A stretch of 64,000 nucleotides of DNA, from the NCBI GenBank assembly GCA_963762145.1, contig CAVXJS010000009.1:320001-384000 (forward strand), in the 5' to 3' direction. The notes below the pieces were generated by a model, which saw only the letters and a list, made by a program, of their open reading frames with translations, did no database searches and was not told where the DNA came from. Positions 1-9,149 of this stretch are shown in pieces. A program made the position numbers and the translations under genes. Position 1 is the stretch's first letter. Each line of letters begins with the position of its first letter. This stretch comes from an uncultured Candidatus Rokubacteria bacterium (GTDB taxonomy: Bacteria; Methylomirabilota; Methylomirabilia; Rokubacteriales; CSP1-6).

Positions 1-2317
1 CGCCGCCTATGTCCTCGCCGGCAAGCTCGGGCTGCTCTTCGCCTCCGTCCACGCCAGCGCGACCGCGGTCTGGCCCCCCACCGGTATCGCCCTCGCGGCG
101 CTGCTCATCCTCGGCGTCCGGATGTGGCCGGCGATCGCAGCGGGAGCCTTTCTCGTCAACGTGACCACCGCGGGCACGGTCGCGACCTCGCTCGGCATCG
201 CGCTGGGCAACACGCTCGAGGCGGTGGTCGGCGCCTGGCTCGTCGGGTGGCTCGCCCACGGCCGGAGCGCGTTCGAGCGGCCGCGTCGCATCTTCGCCTT
301 CGCGGCCGCGGTCGTGCCCGGCGCGGCCATCGCCGCCACCATCGGCGTGGCGAGCCTCGTGCTCGGCGACGTCGCGCCGCCCGCCGACGTACCGGTGATC
401 TGGATCACGTGGGCGCTCGGCGACATCACCGGCGCGCTCATCATCGCGCCGCTCCTGATCCTGTGGACCGCGGACCCTCGCTCCGTGGCCCTGCGCGGCC
501 GGCCGCTCGAGGCCCTCGTCCTGCTCCTGAGCGTGGTCGGCATCACCCTGGTCGTCTTCGGCGGGCTGGCGGGGGCCGCGTGGCGCCAGTACCCGCTGGC
601 GTTCCTGGCGATCCCGCCGCTGCTGTGGGCCGCCGTCCGGTTCGGCCGGCGCGAGGCCGCGATCGTGGTGGTCGTGCTCATGGCGATCGCGGTTCGCGGC
701 ACGATGCGGGGGTTCGGGGCATTCGCGGCCCTGCCGCCGGCCCACTCGCTGCTCGTGCTGCAGTCGTTCGTGGCCACGATGGCCCTGATGACCCTGATCG
801 TGGCCGCGCTGGCCCGGAGCCGCGAGCGGGAGCGGATCCTCCTCCAGGCCATCATCGACCGGATCCCGGTGATGATCACGATGTACGACGCCGGTGCGCG
901 CGTCCTTCGTCTGAACCGGGAGTTCGAGCGCATCACCGGCTGGTCCACCGCCGCCGCGCGGGACGTGGACCTGATGGAGCGCTGCTACCCGGACCCGGCC
1001 GACCGCGCCGAGGCCCGCGCGTACATGGACTCGATGCGGGAGGGCTGGCGCGATTTCACCTTGACGGCGCGGGACGGTCGAGTCCTGAAAACCTCGTGGT
1101 CGAACATCCGGCTTCCGGACGACACCCGCATCGGCATCGGGCTCGACGTGACGGAGCGCCGGCGGAGCGAGGAGGACCGCGAGCGGGCCCGGGCGGAGGC
1201 GGAGGAGGCGAGCCGCATCAAGGACGAGTTCTTCGCCATGCTCGGCCACGAGCTCCGCAACCCCCTGGGCGCGATCACGACCGCGCTCTTCGTGATCGAC
1301 ACCGGCGAGCCGGGCGACGAGCGGAGCGCGCAGGCGCGGGAGATCATCGCGCGTCAGGTGCGCCACCTCGTCCGGCTCGTGGACGACCTGCTCGACGTGA
1401 CCCGGCTCACCACCGGCAAGGTCACGCTCGGCCGGCGCGCGGTGGACCTGGCCGCGGTCGCGCGGCGCCTGGTGGCCGCGCAGGTCGCCACCACGCCGAC
1501 GCGGCACCTGCAGTGCGAGGCGGACGGATCGGTGTGGATCGAGGCCGACGAGACCCGCCTCGAGCAGATCCTCACCAACCTCCTCGGCAATGCCGTGAAG
1601 TTCACGCCGGCGGATGGCCGGGTGACCGTCGCCATCGCGGCCCGCGACGGCGAGGCGGTGCTCTCCGTGACGGACACGGGCGCCGGCATCCCCGCCGATC
1701 TCCTGCCCCGGATCTTCGACCTGTTCGTGCAGGGCCACACCGGGCTTCATCGGCCGGCGGCCGGGCTCGGCATCGGCCTCACCCTGGTGAGGCGGCTCGT
1801 GGACCTGCACGGCGGTCGCATCGAGGTGGCGAGCGAGGGACCCGGCCGGGGCAGCGTGTTCACGGTCCGCTTTCCGCTCCAGACGGCTCCGCGGGCAGCC
1901 GCGACGGCGGCGCCGACTCCCGCCGGCACCTCGGTCCGGCGGCGGGTGCTGATCGTCGAGGACAATGACGACGCCCGGACCATGCTGCGCCACCTGCTCG
2001 AGCGGAGCGGACACGAGGTGCACGAGGCCGCCGATGGCCTCACCGGACTCGACCGGGCCCTCTGGCTGGAGATCGACGCGGCGGTCGTCGACATCGGCCT
2101 GCCCGAGATGGACGGGTACGAGGTCGCCCGGCGTGTCCGGGCCGCCGGCCGCGCCGGCGTGCTCCTGGTCGCGATCACCGGCTATGGGCAGGCCAGCGAC
2201 CGCCAGCGCTCGAGCGAGGCCGGCTTCGATGCTCACCTCACGAAACCGGTGGATCCCCTCGCGCTCGAGACGCTGCTGGCGAACCTGCCGCTTGACCCCC
2301 GGAGGACGGGCCGCTAG
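1..2317 (+). CDS. MASE1-PAS hybrid sensor histidine kinase/response regulator (5' end outside window)
   Basis: Frame open from base 2 (AAYVLAGKLGLLFASVHASATAVWPPTGIAL, MASE1-like), multiple TM helices, PAS-like segment, H-box FAMLGHELRNPL, N-box NLLGNAVKFT, G-boxes DTGAGI/GLGIGL, C-terminal receiver (VLIVEDNDD...DIGLP...TKPV). Confidence 0.92.
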   Translation, partial: AAYVLAGKLGLLFASVHASATAVWPPTGIALAALLILGVRMWPAIAAGAFLVNVTTAGTVATSLGIALGNTLEAVVGAWLVGWLAHGRSAFERPRRIFAFAAAVVPGAAIAATIGVASLVLGDVAPPADVPVIWITWALGDITGALIIAPLLILWTADPRSVALRGRPLEALVLLLSVVGITLVVFGGLAGAAWRQYPLAFLAIPPLLWAAVRFGRREAAIVVVVLMAIAVRGTMRGFGAFAALPPAHSLLVLQSFVATMALMTLIVAALARSRERERILLQAIIDRIPVMITMYDAGARVLRLNREFERITGWSTAAARDVDLMERCYPDPADRAEARAYMDSMREGWRDFTLTARDGRVLKTSWSNIRLPDDTRIGIGLDVTERRRSEEDRERARAEAEEASRIKDEFFAMLGHELRNPLGAITTALFVIDTGEPGDERSAQAREIIARQVRHLVRLVDDLLDVTRLTTGKVTLGRRAVDLAAVARRLVAAQVATTPTRHLQCEADGSVWIEADETRLEQILTNLLGNAVKFTPADGRVTVAIAARDGEAVLSVTDTGAGIPADLLPRIFDLFVQGHTGLHRPAAGLGIGLTLVRRLVDLHGGRIEVASEGPGRGSVFTVRFPLQTAPRAAATAAPTPAGTSVRRRVLIVEDNDDARTMLRHLLERSGHEVHEAADGLTGLDRALWLEIDAAVVDIGLPEMDGYEVARRVRAAGRAGVLLVAITGYGQASDRQRSSEAGFDAHLTKPVDPLALETLLANLPLDPRRTGR

Positions 2318-2320
2318 GCT
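2292..2320 (+). promoter_or_regulatory. sigma-70-type promoter for the acyl-CoA ligase
   Basis: TTGACC-N17-TAGGCT, 9 nt before the ATG at 2330, no SD in between. Confidence 0.55.
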
Positions 2321-2329
2321 CACCTGACC

Positions 2330-3925
2330 ATGATCTCGACCAGCCCGCCCGTCACCATTCCGGATGTGACCATCACCGACTACGTGCTGCGCCACGCCGC
2401 TCGGCTCGGCGACAAGCCGGCCCTCATCGACGGCCCGACCGGCCGGACCCTCAGCTATCGTCAGCTCGCCGACGGCGCCCGACGCGCGGCGGCGGGGCTG
2501 GCCCGGCGGGGCTTCGGCAAGGGCGACGTGCTCGCGATCTACTGCCCGAACCTCCCCGAGTACGCCATCGTCTTCCTCGGCGTGGCGATGGCGGGCGGCG
2601 TCAACACCACCGTGAACCCGCTGTATACCGCCGACGAGCTGGCCAAGCAGCTCCAGGACTCCGGCGCGCGCTTCCTCGTCACGGTGCCGCCCTTCCTCGA
2701 GAAGGCCAGGGAGGGCGCGGCCAAGAGCCGGGTCGAGGAGATCTTCGTCCTGGGCGCGGCCGACGGCGCCCGGCCCTTCACCGATCTGATGCAGGCGGGC
2801 GATCAGCCGCCCGCGATCACGATGAACCCGGCGGACGACCTCGTGGCGCTGCCGTACTCGAGCGGCACCACCGGCCTGCCCAAGGGCGTGATGCTGACCC
2901 ACCGCAACCTGGTGGCCAATCTCTGCCAGGCCGAGGGCATGCGGAACTTCGAGTGCTTCAGCGAGCGGGACATCACGATCGCGGTGCTGCCGTTCTTCCA
3001 CATCTACGGCATGGTCGTGATCATGATGCTCGGCCTCGCCGGCGGCGGCACCATCCTGGTCATGCCCCGCTTCGACATGATGGAGTTCCTCACCCTCGTG
3101 CAGAAGTACCGCGCGACGGTCCTGCCCCTGGTGCCGCCCATCGTGCTCGGCCTGGTGAAGCATCCCGCGGTGGCCCAGTTCGACCTCTCGAGCGTGCGCC
3201 TGACCTTCTCGGGCGCGGCACCGCTCGGCGAGGAGATGGCTCGGGCGCTCAGCGCCAAGCTCGGCTGCCCGGTCGTGCAGGGCTACGGCATGACCGAGGC
3301 GAGCCCGGTCACCCACCTGAGCCCCACCCACGACGAGCCGTTCAAGCCGGGCTCGGCGGGCAAGATCGTGCCCAACACCGAGGTGAAGATCGTCGAGGTG
3401 GGCTCGGGCGGAGACGCCGAGCTGCCGGTCGGCAAGGAAGGCGAGCTGTGGATCCGCGGACCGCAGATCATGAAGGGCTATCTCAACCGGCCCGAGGAGA
3501 CGGCGGACTGCCTCGACCGCGACGGCTGGTACCACACCGGCGACGTGGGCTACGTGGACGACGAGGGCTACTTCTTCATCGTGGATCGCACCAAGGAGCT
3601 GATCAAGTACAAGGGCCTGCAGGTGGCCCCCGCCGAGCTGGAGGCGCTGCTGCTCACGCATCCCGCCATCCTCGACGCGGCGGTGGTGCGGAAGGCCGAC
3701 GAGGAAGCCGGCGAGGTGCCGAAGGCCTACGTGGTGCTCAAGCCCGACGACGTCTCGAAGGCGACGGCGGCGGACGCCATCATGGGCTGGGTCGCCCAGC
3801 GGGTCGCCCCGCACAAGCGCATCCGCCACCTCGAGTACATCGACCAGATCCCGAAGTCGGCCTCCGGCAAGATCCTGCGCCGGGTGCTGATCGACCGCGA
3901 GAAGGCGCGCGGAGCGCGCGCATGA
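2330..3925 (+). CDS. 4-coumarate--CoA ligase-like AMP-binding acyl-CoA synthetase
   Basis: ANL motifs YSSGTTGLPKG, QGYGMTE, GELWIRGPQIMKGY, HTGD, DRTKELIKYKG, PKSASGKILRR. Confidence 0.92.
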   Translation: MISTSPPVTIPDVTITDYVLRHAARLGDKPALIDGPTGRTLSYRQLADGARRAAAGLARRGFGKGDVLAIYCPNLPEYAIVFLGVAMAGGVNTTVNPLYTADELAKQLQDSGARFLVTVPPFLEKAREGAAKSRVEEIFVLGAADGARPFTDLMQAGDQPPAITMNPADDLVALPYSSGTTGLPKGVMLTHRNLVANLCQAEGMRNFECFSERDITIAVLPFFHIYGMVVIMMLGLAGGGTILVMPRFDMMEFLTLVQKYRATVLPLVPPIVLGLVKHPAVAQFDLSSVRLTFSGAAPLGEEMARALSAKLGCPVVQGYGMTEASPVTHLSPTHDEPFKPGSAGKIVPNTEVKIVEVGSGGDAELPVGKEGELWIRGPQIMKGYLNRPEETADCLDRDGWYHTGDVGYVDDEGYFFIVDRTKELIKYKGLQVAPAELEALLLTHPAILDAAVVRKADEEAGEVPKAYVVLKPDDVSKATAADAIMGWVAQRVAPHKRIRHLEYIDQIPKSASGKILRRVLIDREKARGARA

Positions 3926-4052
3926 CCATCCGCGCCGCCCGGGAGGAATCGTCGAAGCAGGTTGGGTGAATCCCGGGGCTACAAGGGGTAAATCTCTACC
4001 TCTTGCGAGGCGTGCACACTCGAAAACTCGTGGAAAACATGGTGATTCCTGA

Positions 4053-4068
4053 TGGAATGACGCTTGCT
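4053..4068 (+). promoter_or_regulatory. sigma-54 (-24/-12) promoter
   Basis: TGGAATGACGCTTGCT = GG-N10-GC, close to consensus TGGCAC-N5-TTGCW, correctly oriented upstream of the 72-aa gene. Confidence 0.7.
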
Positions 4069-4095
4069 CTCACCCGGGGGCAGGAGGAGGGCCCG

Positions 4096-4314
4096 ATGAC
4101 CCCGAAGCTCATGACACTGGCCGCCGTCGTCGTCCTGACCGTCGTGTTCCTGAGCCCTGTCGCGTACATGGCGGGGCAGCGCGCCACCGTGTGGCTGACC
4201 GCGCCCGCGGCGGAGGCCAACGGCCCCTGGCCGAGCGTGGACGAGGCCGAGCGCGAGCACGGCCCGACCGAGCGCGCCAAGCCGCCCGTACGGCCCGGCT
4301 TCGGCGACATCTAG
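4096..4314 (+). CDS. small exported/membrane-anchored hypothetical protein (72 aa)
   Basis: Strong SD AGGAGG before ATG 4096. N-terminal hydrophobic helix (MTPKLMTLAAVVVLTVVFLSPVAYMAG). Confidence 0.65.
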   Translation: MTPKLMTLAAVVVLTVVFLSPVAYMAGQRATVWLTAPAAEANGPWPSVDEAEREHGPTERAKPPVRPGFGDI

Positions 4315-4339
4315 GCCGCACCCGGTCGATACTCGAGGC

Positions 4340-4985
4340 ATGGCCACGCTGACGGCCGGCCTCGACGCCCTGCTCCACGACGCGAGCCTGGTCTATCTCG
4401 GGACTCTTCCTGGCCGCACTGATCGACGCGACCGGATTCCCGTTTCCCGGGCGCGCGCTGCTCGTGGCCGCGGGCGCCGCCATGGCGAGAGACTGGGGGC
4501 AGGTCGCCCTGATGACCGCGGCGGGCGCGCTCGGCGCCGTCGTCGGTGATCACCTCTGGTACGCCGCCGGACGGCTGGGCGCGGCCGACCGGCTGACCCG
4601 GCTCTACTGCAAGCTCTCGCTCGCCTCCGGACGCTGCGAGGCCCGGGCCCGCTCCCGTTTCGACCGCTTCGGGCCGTTGGCCATCGTGATCGGGCGGTTC
4701 GTGGCCGGGGTGCGCCTCTTCGCGGCGCCGATGGCCGGCGGCGGGGCCATCTCCTACCCGCGCTTCCTCCTCTTCGAGCTGATCGGCGGCGTCGCCTGGG
4801 CCGGCCTCTTCGTCGCGGTCGGCTACGCGCTGGGTGCGCCGGCGCGCGCGCTGATCGAGCGCCACGGCTGGGGCGTGCCACTCGCCATCTTCGCGGGGCT
4901 GACGGTGCTCGGCCCCGCCGCGATCATCCTGGTGCGCCTGGCCCGCCGCCGGCGCCACGGGCCGGCGGGCGCGCCTACAGGGTGA
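4340..4985 (+). CDS. DedA family membrane protein (one apparent frameshift near 4402)
   Basis: Joined reading: YLG/LFLAALIDATGFPFPGRALLVAAG ... GDHLWYAAGR ... GRFVAGVRLFAAPMAG, all DedA motifs. Confidence 0.85.
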
Positions 4986-5712
4986 CCACCAGGCCGTCGT
5001 GGGCGCACTGCTCCGGCACGTCGGCCGCGGCGCGAGCATCTCGCGGCTCATGTGGGTGAGGATCAGGCGCCGGGCCCCGACCCGGCCCGCGTGGGCCACG
5101 ATGTCGGGGTAGTTCAGGTGCCACTTCACGGGCTTGTCGTAGAAGTAGGACTCCGCGATCAGAGATCGTATCCGGCGCGGCGCGGGCGATGTCGTCGGTC
5201 CATTCCGTGTCGCCGGTGTAGCAGATGGTCTTGTCGCCCACCTGGATGCGGAGCGCGGTCGGATTGGTCTCCTGCGGTGTGGCGGGCGCGCTCCGGGGTC
5301 ACGAGCAGATCGAGCACCGCGTGGGGCCGGCCCGGCTCCATCTCGACCCAGTCGAGCGGGAATCGGGGCGTCATCACGTGCGAGCCGGGGAAGAGCGCCT
5401 CGCGGATGGCGTCCATGCGCGGCGGAGCTCCCGCGGGCCCGCGATGACGAGGGGGCGGGTGCGCCGGGCCGCCAGCATCGCGTCCATGAGGAGGAACGGC
5501 ACCCCGGCGGCGTGATCGCCGTGCAGATGCGTGAGCAGGATGGCGTCGATCGAGTTGGGCTCGATGCCCTGCTGGGCCAGCGCGATGAGCGACGAGGCGC
5601 CGAAGTCGACCGCGAAGCGGCAGCGCGGCCCGTCCACCAGGAGGCAGGTCTGGAAGCGTCCTCCGCTCCCGAAGGAATCGCCGGAGCCGACGAAGCGCAC
5701 GGTGACGGGCAC
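4975..5712 (-). CDS. MBL-fold metallo-hydrolase, RNase Z/BN-like (several frameshifts)
   Basis: FVGSGDSFGSGGRFQTC, THLHGDH, YTGDT and LILTHMS motifs spread over three frames. Confidence 0.85.
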
Positions 5713-5800
5713 GGCCCGATCTTATGCGTCCAGGATCCGGCGCGAAAGGCGTGACGCGAAAAAGCTCCCGGGCCACGGCGCGGCCTGCGAGGATAGGCGC

Positions 5801-6625
5801 GTGCGGCTCTTCGACCGGAAGTTCGGCGCCGCATTCCTGGACGAGGTGCCCGCCGCGCCCGGCGTCTACCGCTTCCACGATGCGGCCGGCGCGCTCTTCT
5901 ACGTCGGGATGGCCACGAACCTGCGCCGGCGCCTCGGGCAGTATCGCCTCACGGGCCGCCGCAAGAAGGAGCGCAAGCGCCGCGCGCTCGTGAAGGCGGC
6001 CGCGCGCATCACCTGGGAGGTCTGCGAGTCGCCGCTGGCCGCCGCGCTCGCCGAGATCCGCCTCATCCAGACGCTCCGGCCGCCGCAGAACGTGGCGAGC
6101 GCCTTCCCGTTCCTCTACCCCTACGTCGGCGTCGCGACCGAAGGCGGGAGACCTACTTCTGCCTCACCACCGCGCCCGAGGCCTTCCCGGCCTTCACGTT
6201 CCACGGCGCCTTCCGCTCCCGCGAGGTGACCGGCGAGGCGTTCTTCCGCCTCATGGACCTGCTGCGCTACGTCGGCCACCCGGTGCCGCGCCATCGCTGC
6301 CGCCGCCTCGGCGCGGCCCGGCACTCCCACGTGCGCGGGTTCCGGCGCCTGCCCGCCGACAGCGCGGAGGCGTGGAGCGCGCTGCTGCGCGGGATCTCGC
6401 GGGAGGCGCTCGAAGGCGCTCGCCCTGCGCCTGCTGGATCACGCCGGGGCCCGGGCCCGGCGCGAGGAGACGCACAGGGCCCTCCGCGCGGTCGGACGGT
6501 TCTTCCGGCACGAGGCCCGGGTGCTGGCCCGGGTGCGGACGGCCACCGGCTACGCCCCCTACCCCGTGCCCCAGCGGGAGCGGGACCTGCTCTTCGCCCG
6601 CTACCGGGTCGAGGCCCTGACGTGA
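5801..6625 (+). CDS. GIY-YIG nuclease domain protein, UvrC N-terminal-like (frameshifted)
   Basis: PAAPGVYRFHD...FYVGMATNLRRRLGQY...AALAEIRLIQTLRPPQN. Continues through indels near 6150 and 6415 to TGA at 6623-6625. Confidence 0.8.
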
Positions 6626-6710
6626 CAGCGCTTGTCAAGCGAGGCGCACGTTTCGTAACTCGGTAAGAATGCTAGCGTTGTAAGGTGCCGTGCCTACACG
6701 CTCTCCCGGG

Positions 6711-6726
6711 TGGCACTTTCGGTGCA
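6711..6726 (+). promoter_or_regulatory. sigma-54 (-24/-12) promoter
   Basis: TGGCACTTTCGGTGCA = GG-N10-GC. Upstream TGACA-N5-TGTCA palindrome at 6623-6637. Confidence 0.7.
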
Positions 6727-6738
6727 CATCTCCCGGGC

Positions 6739-7142
6739 ATGCCCGCCGAACCCGCTGTCCAGGCGCATCCTCGTCGTCGACGACGACGCGGAGATCCGTG
6801 ATCTCCTGGCGACCGCTCTGGGCGCCGACGGGCACACGGTGGACGGGGCCCGGGACGGCGGCGAGGCCCTGGCGCTGCTCGAGCAGCACCCCTACGACCT
6901 GGTGCTGAGCGACCTGCGCATGCCCCACGTGGACGGCGCCCTCCCTCTACGAGACGCTCCAGACCCGCCACCACTTTCCGGTTCGCTTCGCCACCAAGCT
7001 GCCTCGCGTGATCTTCATGACCGGCAATCCCGCCGAGCACGCCGACTTCCTCCGCGGCACCACCGACCCGATCCTGGAAAAGCCCTTCGCGATCCGGATC
7101 GTCCGGAAGATGGTCCGCGTGCTCCTCTCCGCCACGTCCTAG
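6739..7142 (+). CDS. single-domain response regulator (frameshifted, start uncertain)
   Basis: RILVVDDDAEIRDLL...DLVLSDLRMPHVDG, then in another frame VIFMTG...ILEKPF, TAG at 7140-7142. Confidence 0.8.
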
Positions 7143-7151
7143 GCCGGCTCG

Positions 7152-8615
7152 ATGCGCCTCGCCACCAAGATCTTCCTCGTCTCGGCCCTCGTCATCCTCG
7201 TCCTCTGCGGCACCGCGCTGTGGAGCCTGCTCACGGTCAAGCGCCTCGTCACCGCGAACCAGGAGATCGCCACGCGCGCGGTGCCCGCGCTGCGCCTGCA
7301 GGGCGCGCTGCGCGAGGCGGTGCACGGGCTGGTGCGCCTCGAGGCCCGGGCCCTCGTGCTCCAGGACCGGGACTACGCGGCGATGTGGAACGACCGCGCC
7401 ACGCGCGTGACCCGCGACATGGACAAGCTCGGCTCGTACCTGGAGCAGGCCGAGGAGCGGACCGCGCACGCGCGCGCCCGCGAGGCCTTCGCGACGTACC
7501 GTGGCCACGTCGAGGCAGGAGCGCCGGCTCGTCGCGCTCGGCCAGACCCGGGCCGCGCTGCAGATCGCGGAGGGCACCGCGCGCGAGGCGGCGGAGCGCG
7601 TGGAGGCCGCCCTCACCGACGCCACCGCCGCGACCGAGGCGGGGCTGGCCGCGGGCCAGGCGCGCGCCCGCGCGCTCGAGGCCCGCACCTGGCGCGCGGT
7701 CAGCGCCGCGCTGGCCGCGAGCCTGCTCCTGGCCCTGGTGGCCAGCGCGCTGCTCGCCTACCGGATGGCGCGGTCGCTCGGCCGCCTGTCCGCGGCCACC
7801 ACGTCGCTCGCGGCCGGCACCTGGACCGGGCCCCTCGCGGTCACGGGCCGCGACGAGATCAGCGAGCTCGGCCGCGCCTTCAACCAGATGGCGGATCGGC
7901 TCAGCGAGGTCGACCGCCTCAAGGAAGAGTTCTTCTCGCACATCACGCACGACCTGCGGAACCCGCTGTCCTCCATCCGTCTCGCCGCCGAGGGCCTCGA
8001 GGAGCGGGCCAAGCTCGCGGGCGACGCGAAGCAGGCGCGGTTCGCCTACCTCATCGAGATCAGCGCGGCCCGCATGATGGCCATGATCAACCAGATTCTC
8101 GATTTCTCGCGCCTGCGCGCGCGCGCGGTGCCGCTGGAGCGCAAGCCGACCGACATCCTGAAGGTGGCCGGGCAGGCGATGGACGAGCTCCGGCCGCTGT
8201 CCGAGGAGAAGCGGATCCGCGTCGACCTCGCGGCGGAGGGCCAGGACTTCACGATGCTGGGGGACGAGGGCAGCCTGGTGCGCGTGGTCGTGAACCTGCT
8301 CGGCAATGCCCTGCACTTCACCGCGGTCGGGGGGAACGGTGCACGCGCGACTGGTGGAGCGGGCGGATCGGCTCGATCTCGCCATCGAGGACACCGGGGT
8401 CGGGATTCCCGGCCGACGCGCTGCCCTGGATCTTCGAGCCCTATCGTCAGGCCCACGGGCCGCGCAAGGGAACGGGCCTCGGCCTCGCGGTGGTGAAGGG
8501 TCTGGTGGAGGCGCACGGCGGCACGGTGGAGCGTGCGGTCGGAGGTGGGGAAGGGAGCCTGCTTCACGGTCACGATCCCGAAGGCGCCGATGGACCGTGG
8601 CGGTCGGCGACATGA
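7152..8615 (+). CDS. HAMP-domain sensor histidine kinase, GlrK/QseE-like (frameshifted)
   Basis: TM-periplasmic-TM, HAMP (GRDEISELGRAFNQM), H-box [38 protein letters not shown] across frames. Confidence 0.85.
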   Translation: MRLATKIFLVSALVILVLCGTALWSLLTVKRLVTANQEIATRAVPALRLQGALREAVHGLVRLEARALVLQDRDYAAMWNDRATRVTRDMDKLGSYLEQAEERTAHARAREAFATYRGHVEAGAPARRARPDPGRAADRGGHRARGGGARGGRPHRRHRRDRGGAGRGPGARPRARGPHLARGQRRAGREPAPGPGGQRAARLPDGAVARPPVRGHHVARGRHLDRAPRGHGPRRDQRARPRLQPDGGSAQRGRPPQGRVLLAHHARPAEPAVLHPSRRRGPRGAGQARGRREAGAVRLPHRDQRGPHDGHDQPDSRFLAPARARGAAGAQADRHPEGGRAGDGRAPAAVRGEADPRRPRGGGPGLHDAGGRGQPGARGREPARQCPALHRGRGERCTRDWWSGRIGSISPSRTPGSGFPADALPWIFEPYRQAHGPRKGTGLGLAVVKGLVEAHGGTVERAVGGGEGSLLHGHDPEGADGPWRSAT

Positions 8616-9142
8616 GCGCCCGGACGCGACGGCTCTCGTGGATCGCGCCGCTGCTGCTGCTCGCCGCATCGGGATGCAGCACGGGACGGCCGTCCCTGTG
8701 GGGCAGCGCGGCGCGGCCCGATCCATCTCTCGTGCGGCCCGCGGTCCGGCTGGTCGTCGAGGCGGACGACCTCGCGCGGCAGGGCGAGGCGCGGGCCGCC
8801 CTCGTCGCCTACGAGCGGGTGCTGCGCGAGCATCCCGGCGATCCGGCGGGCGCCGCCGCCCTGCACGGCCAGGGCCGCCTGCAGGCCGATCCGGCCAGCG
8901 GCGTCCGCAACTACCGGGCCGCGCAGCGCGCCTACGCGCAGCTCCTGGCCGAGTACCCGGACAGCCGCTGGGAGGCCGACGCGCGCGCGTGGCAGGTCGT
9001 GCTCGCCGACCTGATCGCTCGCGAGGCCGAGGCCGCGCGGCTCCGGGAGGAAACCGCGCGCCTCAAGGAAGAAGCGGTGCGGCTCCGGACGCAGATCGAG
9101 CGGCTGCGGCGCACCGACCTGGATCTCGAGCGGCGCCGCTAG
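8612..9142 (+). CDS. TPR/coiled-coil lipoprotein, QseG-like accessory protein
   Basis: ATGA overlap with the kinase, lipobox LAASGC, TPR-like helices (AYERVLREHPGDP; YAQLLAEYPDSRW), C-terminal coiled coil ending DLDLERRR. Confidence 0.75.
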   Translation: MSARTRRLSWIAPLLLLAASGCSTGRPSLWGSAARPDPSLVRPAVRLVVEADDLARQGEARAALVAYERVLREHPGDPAGAAALHGQGRLQADPASGVRNYRAAQRAYAQLLAEYPDSRWEADARAWQVVLADLIAREAEAARLREETARLKEEAVRLRTQIERLRRTDLDLERRR

Positions 9143-9149
9143 ACGGACC

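Noticed and set aside
2330-3925. NRPS or secondary-metabolite cluster around the adenylation enzyme
   Set aside because: Stand-alone CoA ligase with no carrier protein, condensation or PKS genes nearby.
3935-4015. Resemblance to a c-di-AMP (ydaO) riboswitch (GGAGGAATC...TTGGGTGAATC...AGGGGTAAATCTCT...AGGCGT)
   Set aside because: The core GCUGAAUCC and CCCGAAYCCGUCAGCUAACC segments are missing, and the region lies upstream of the predicted sigma-54 promoter. An Rfam scan would settle it.
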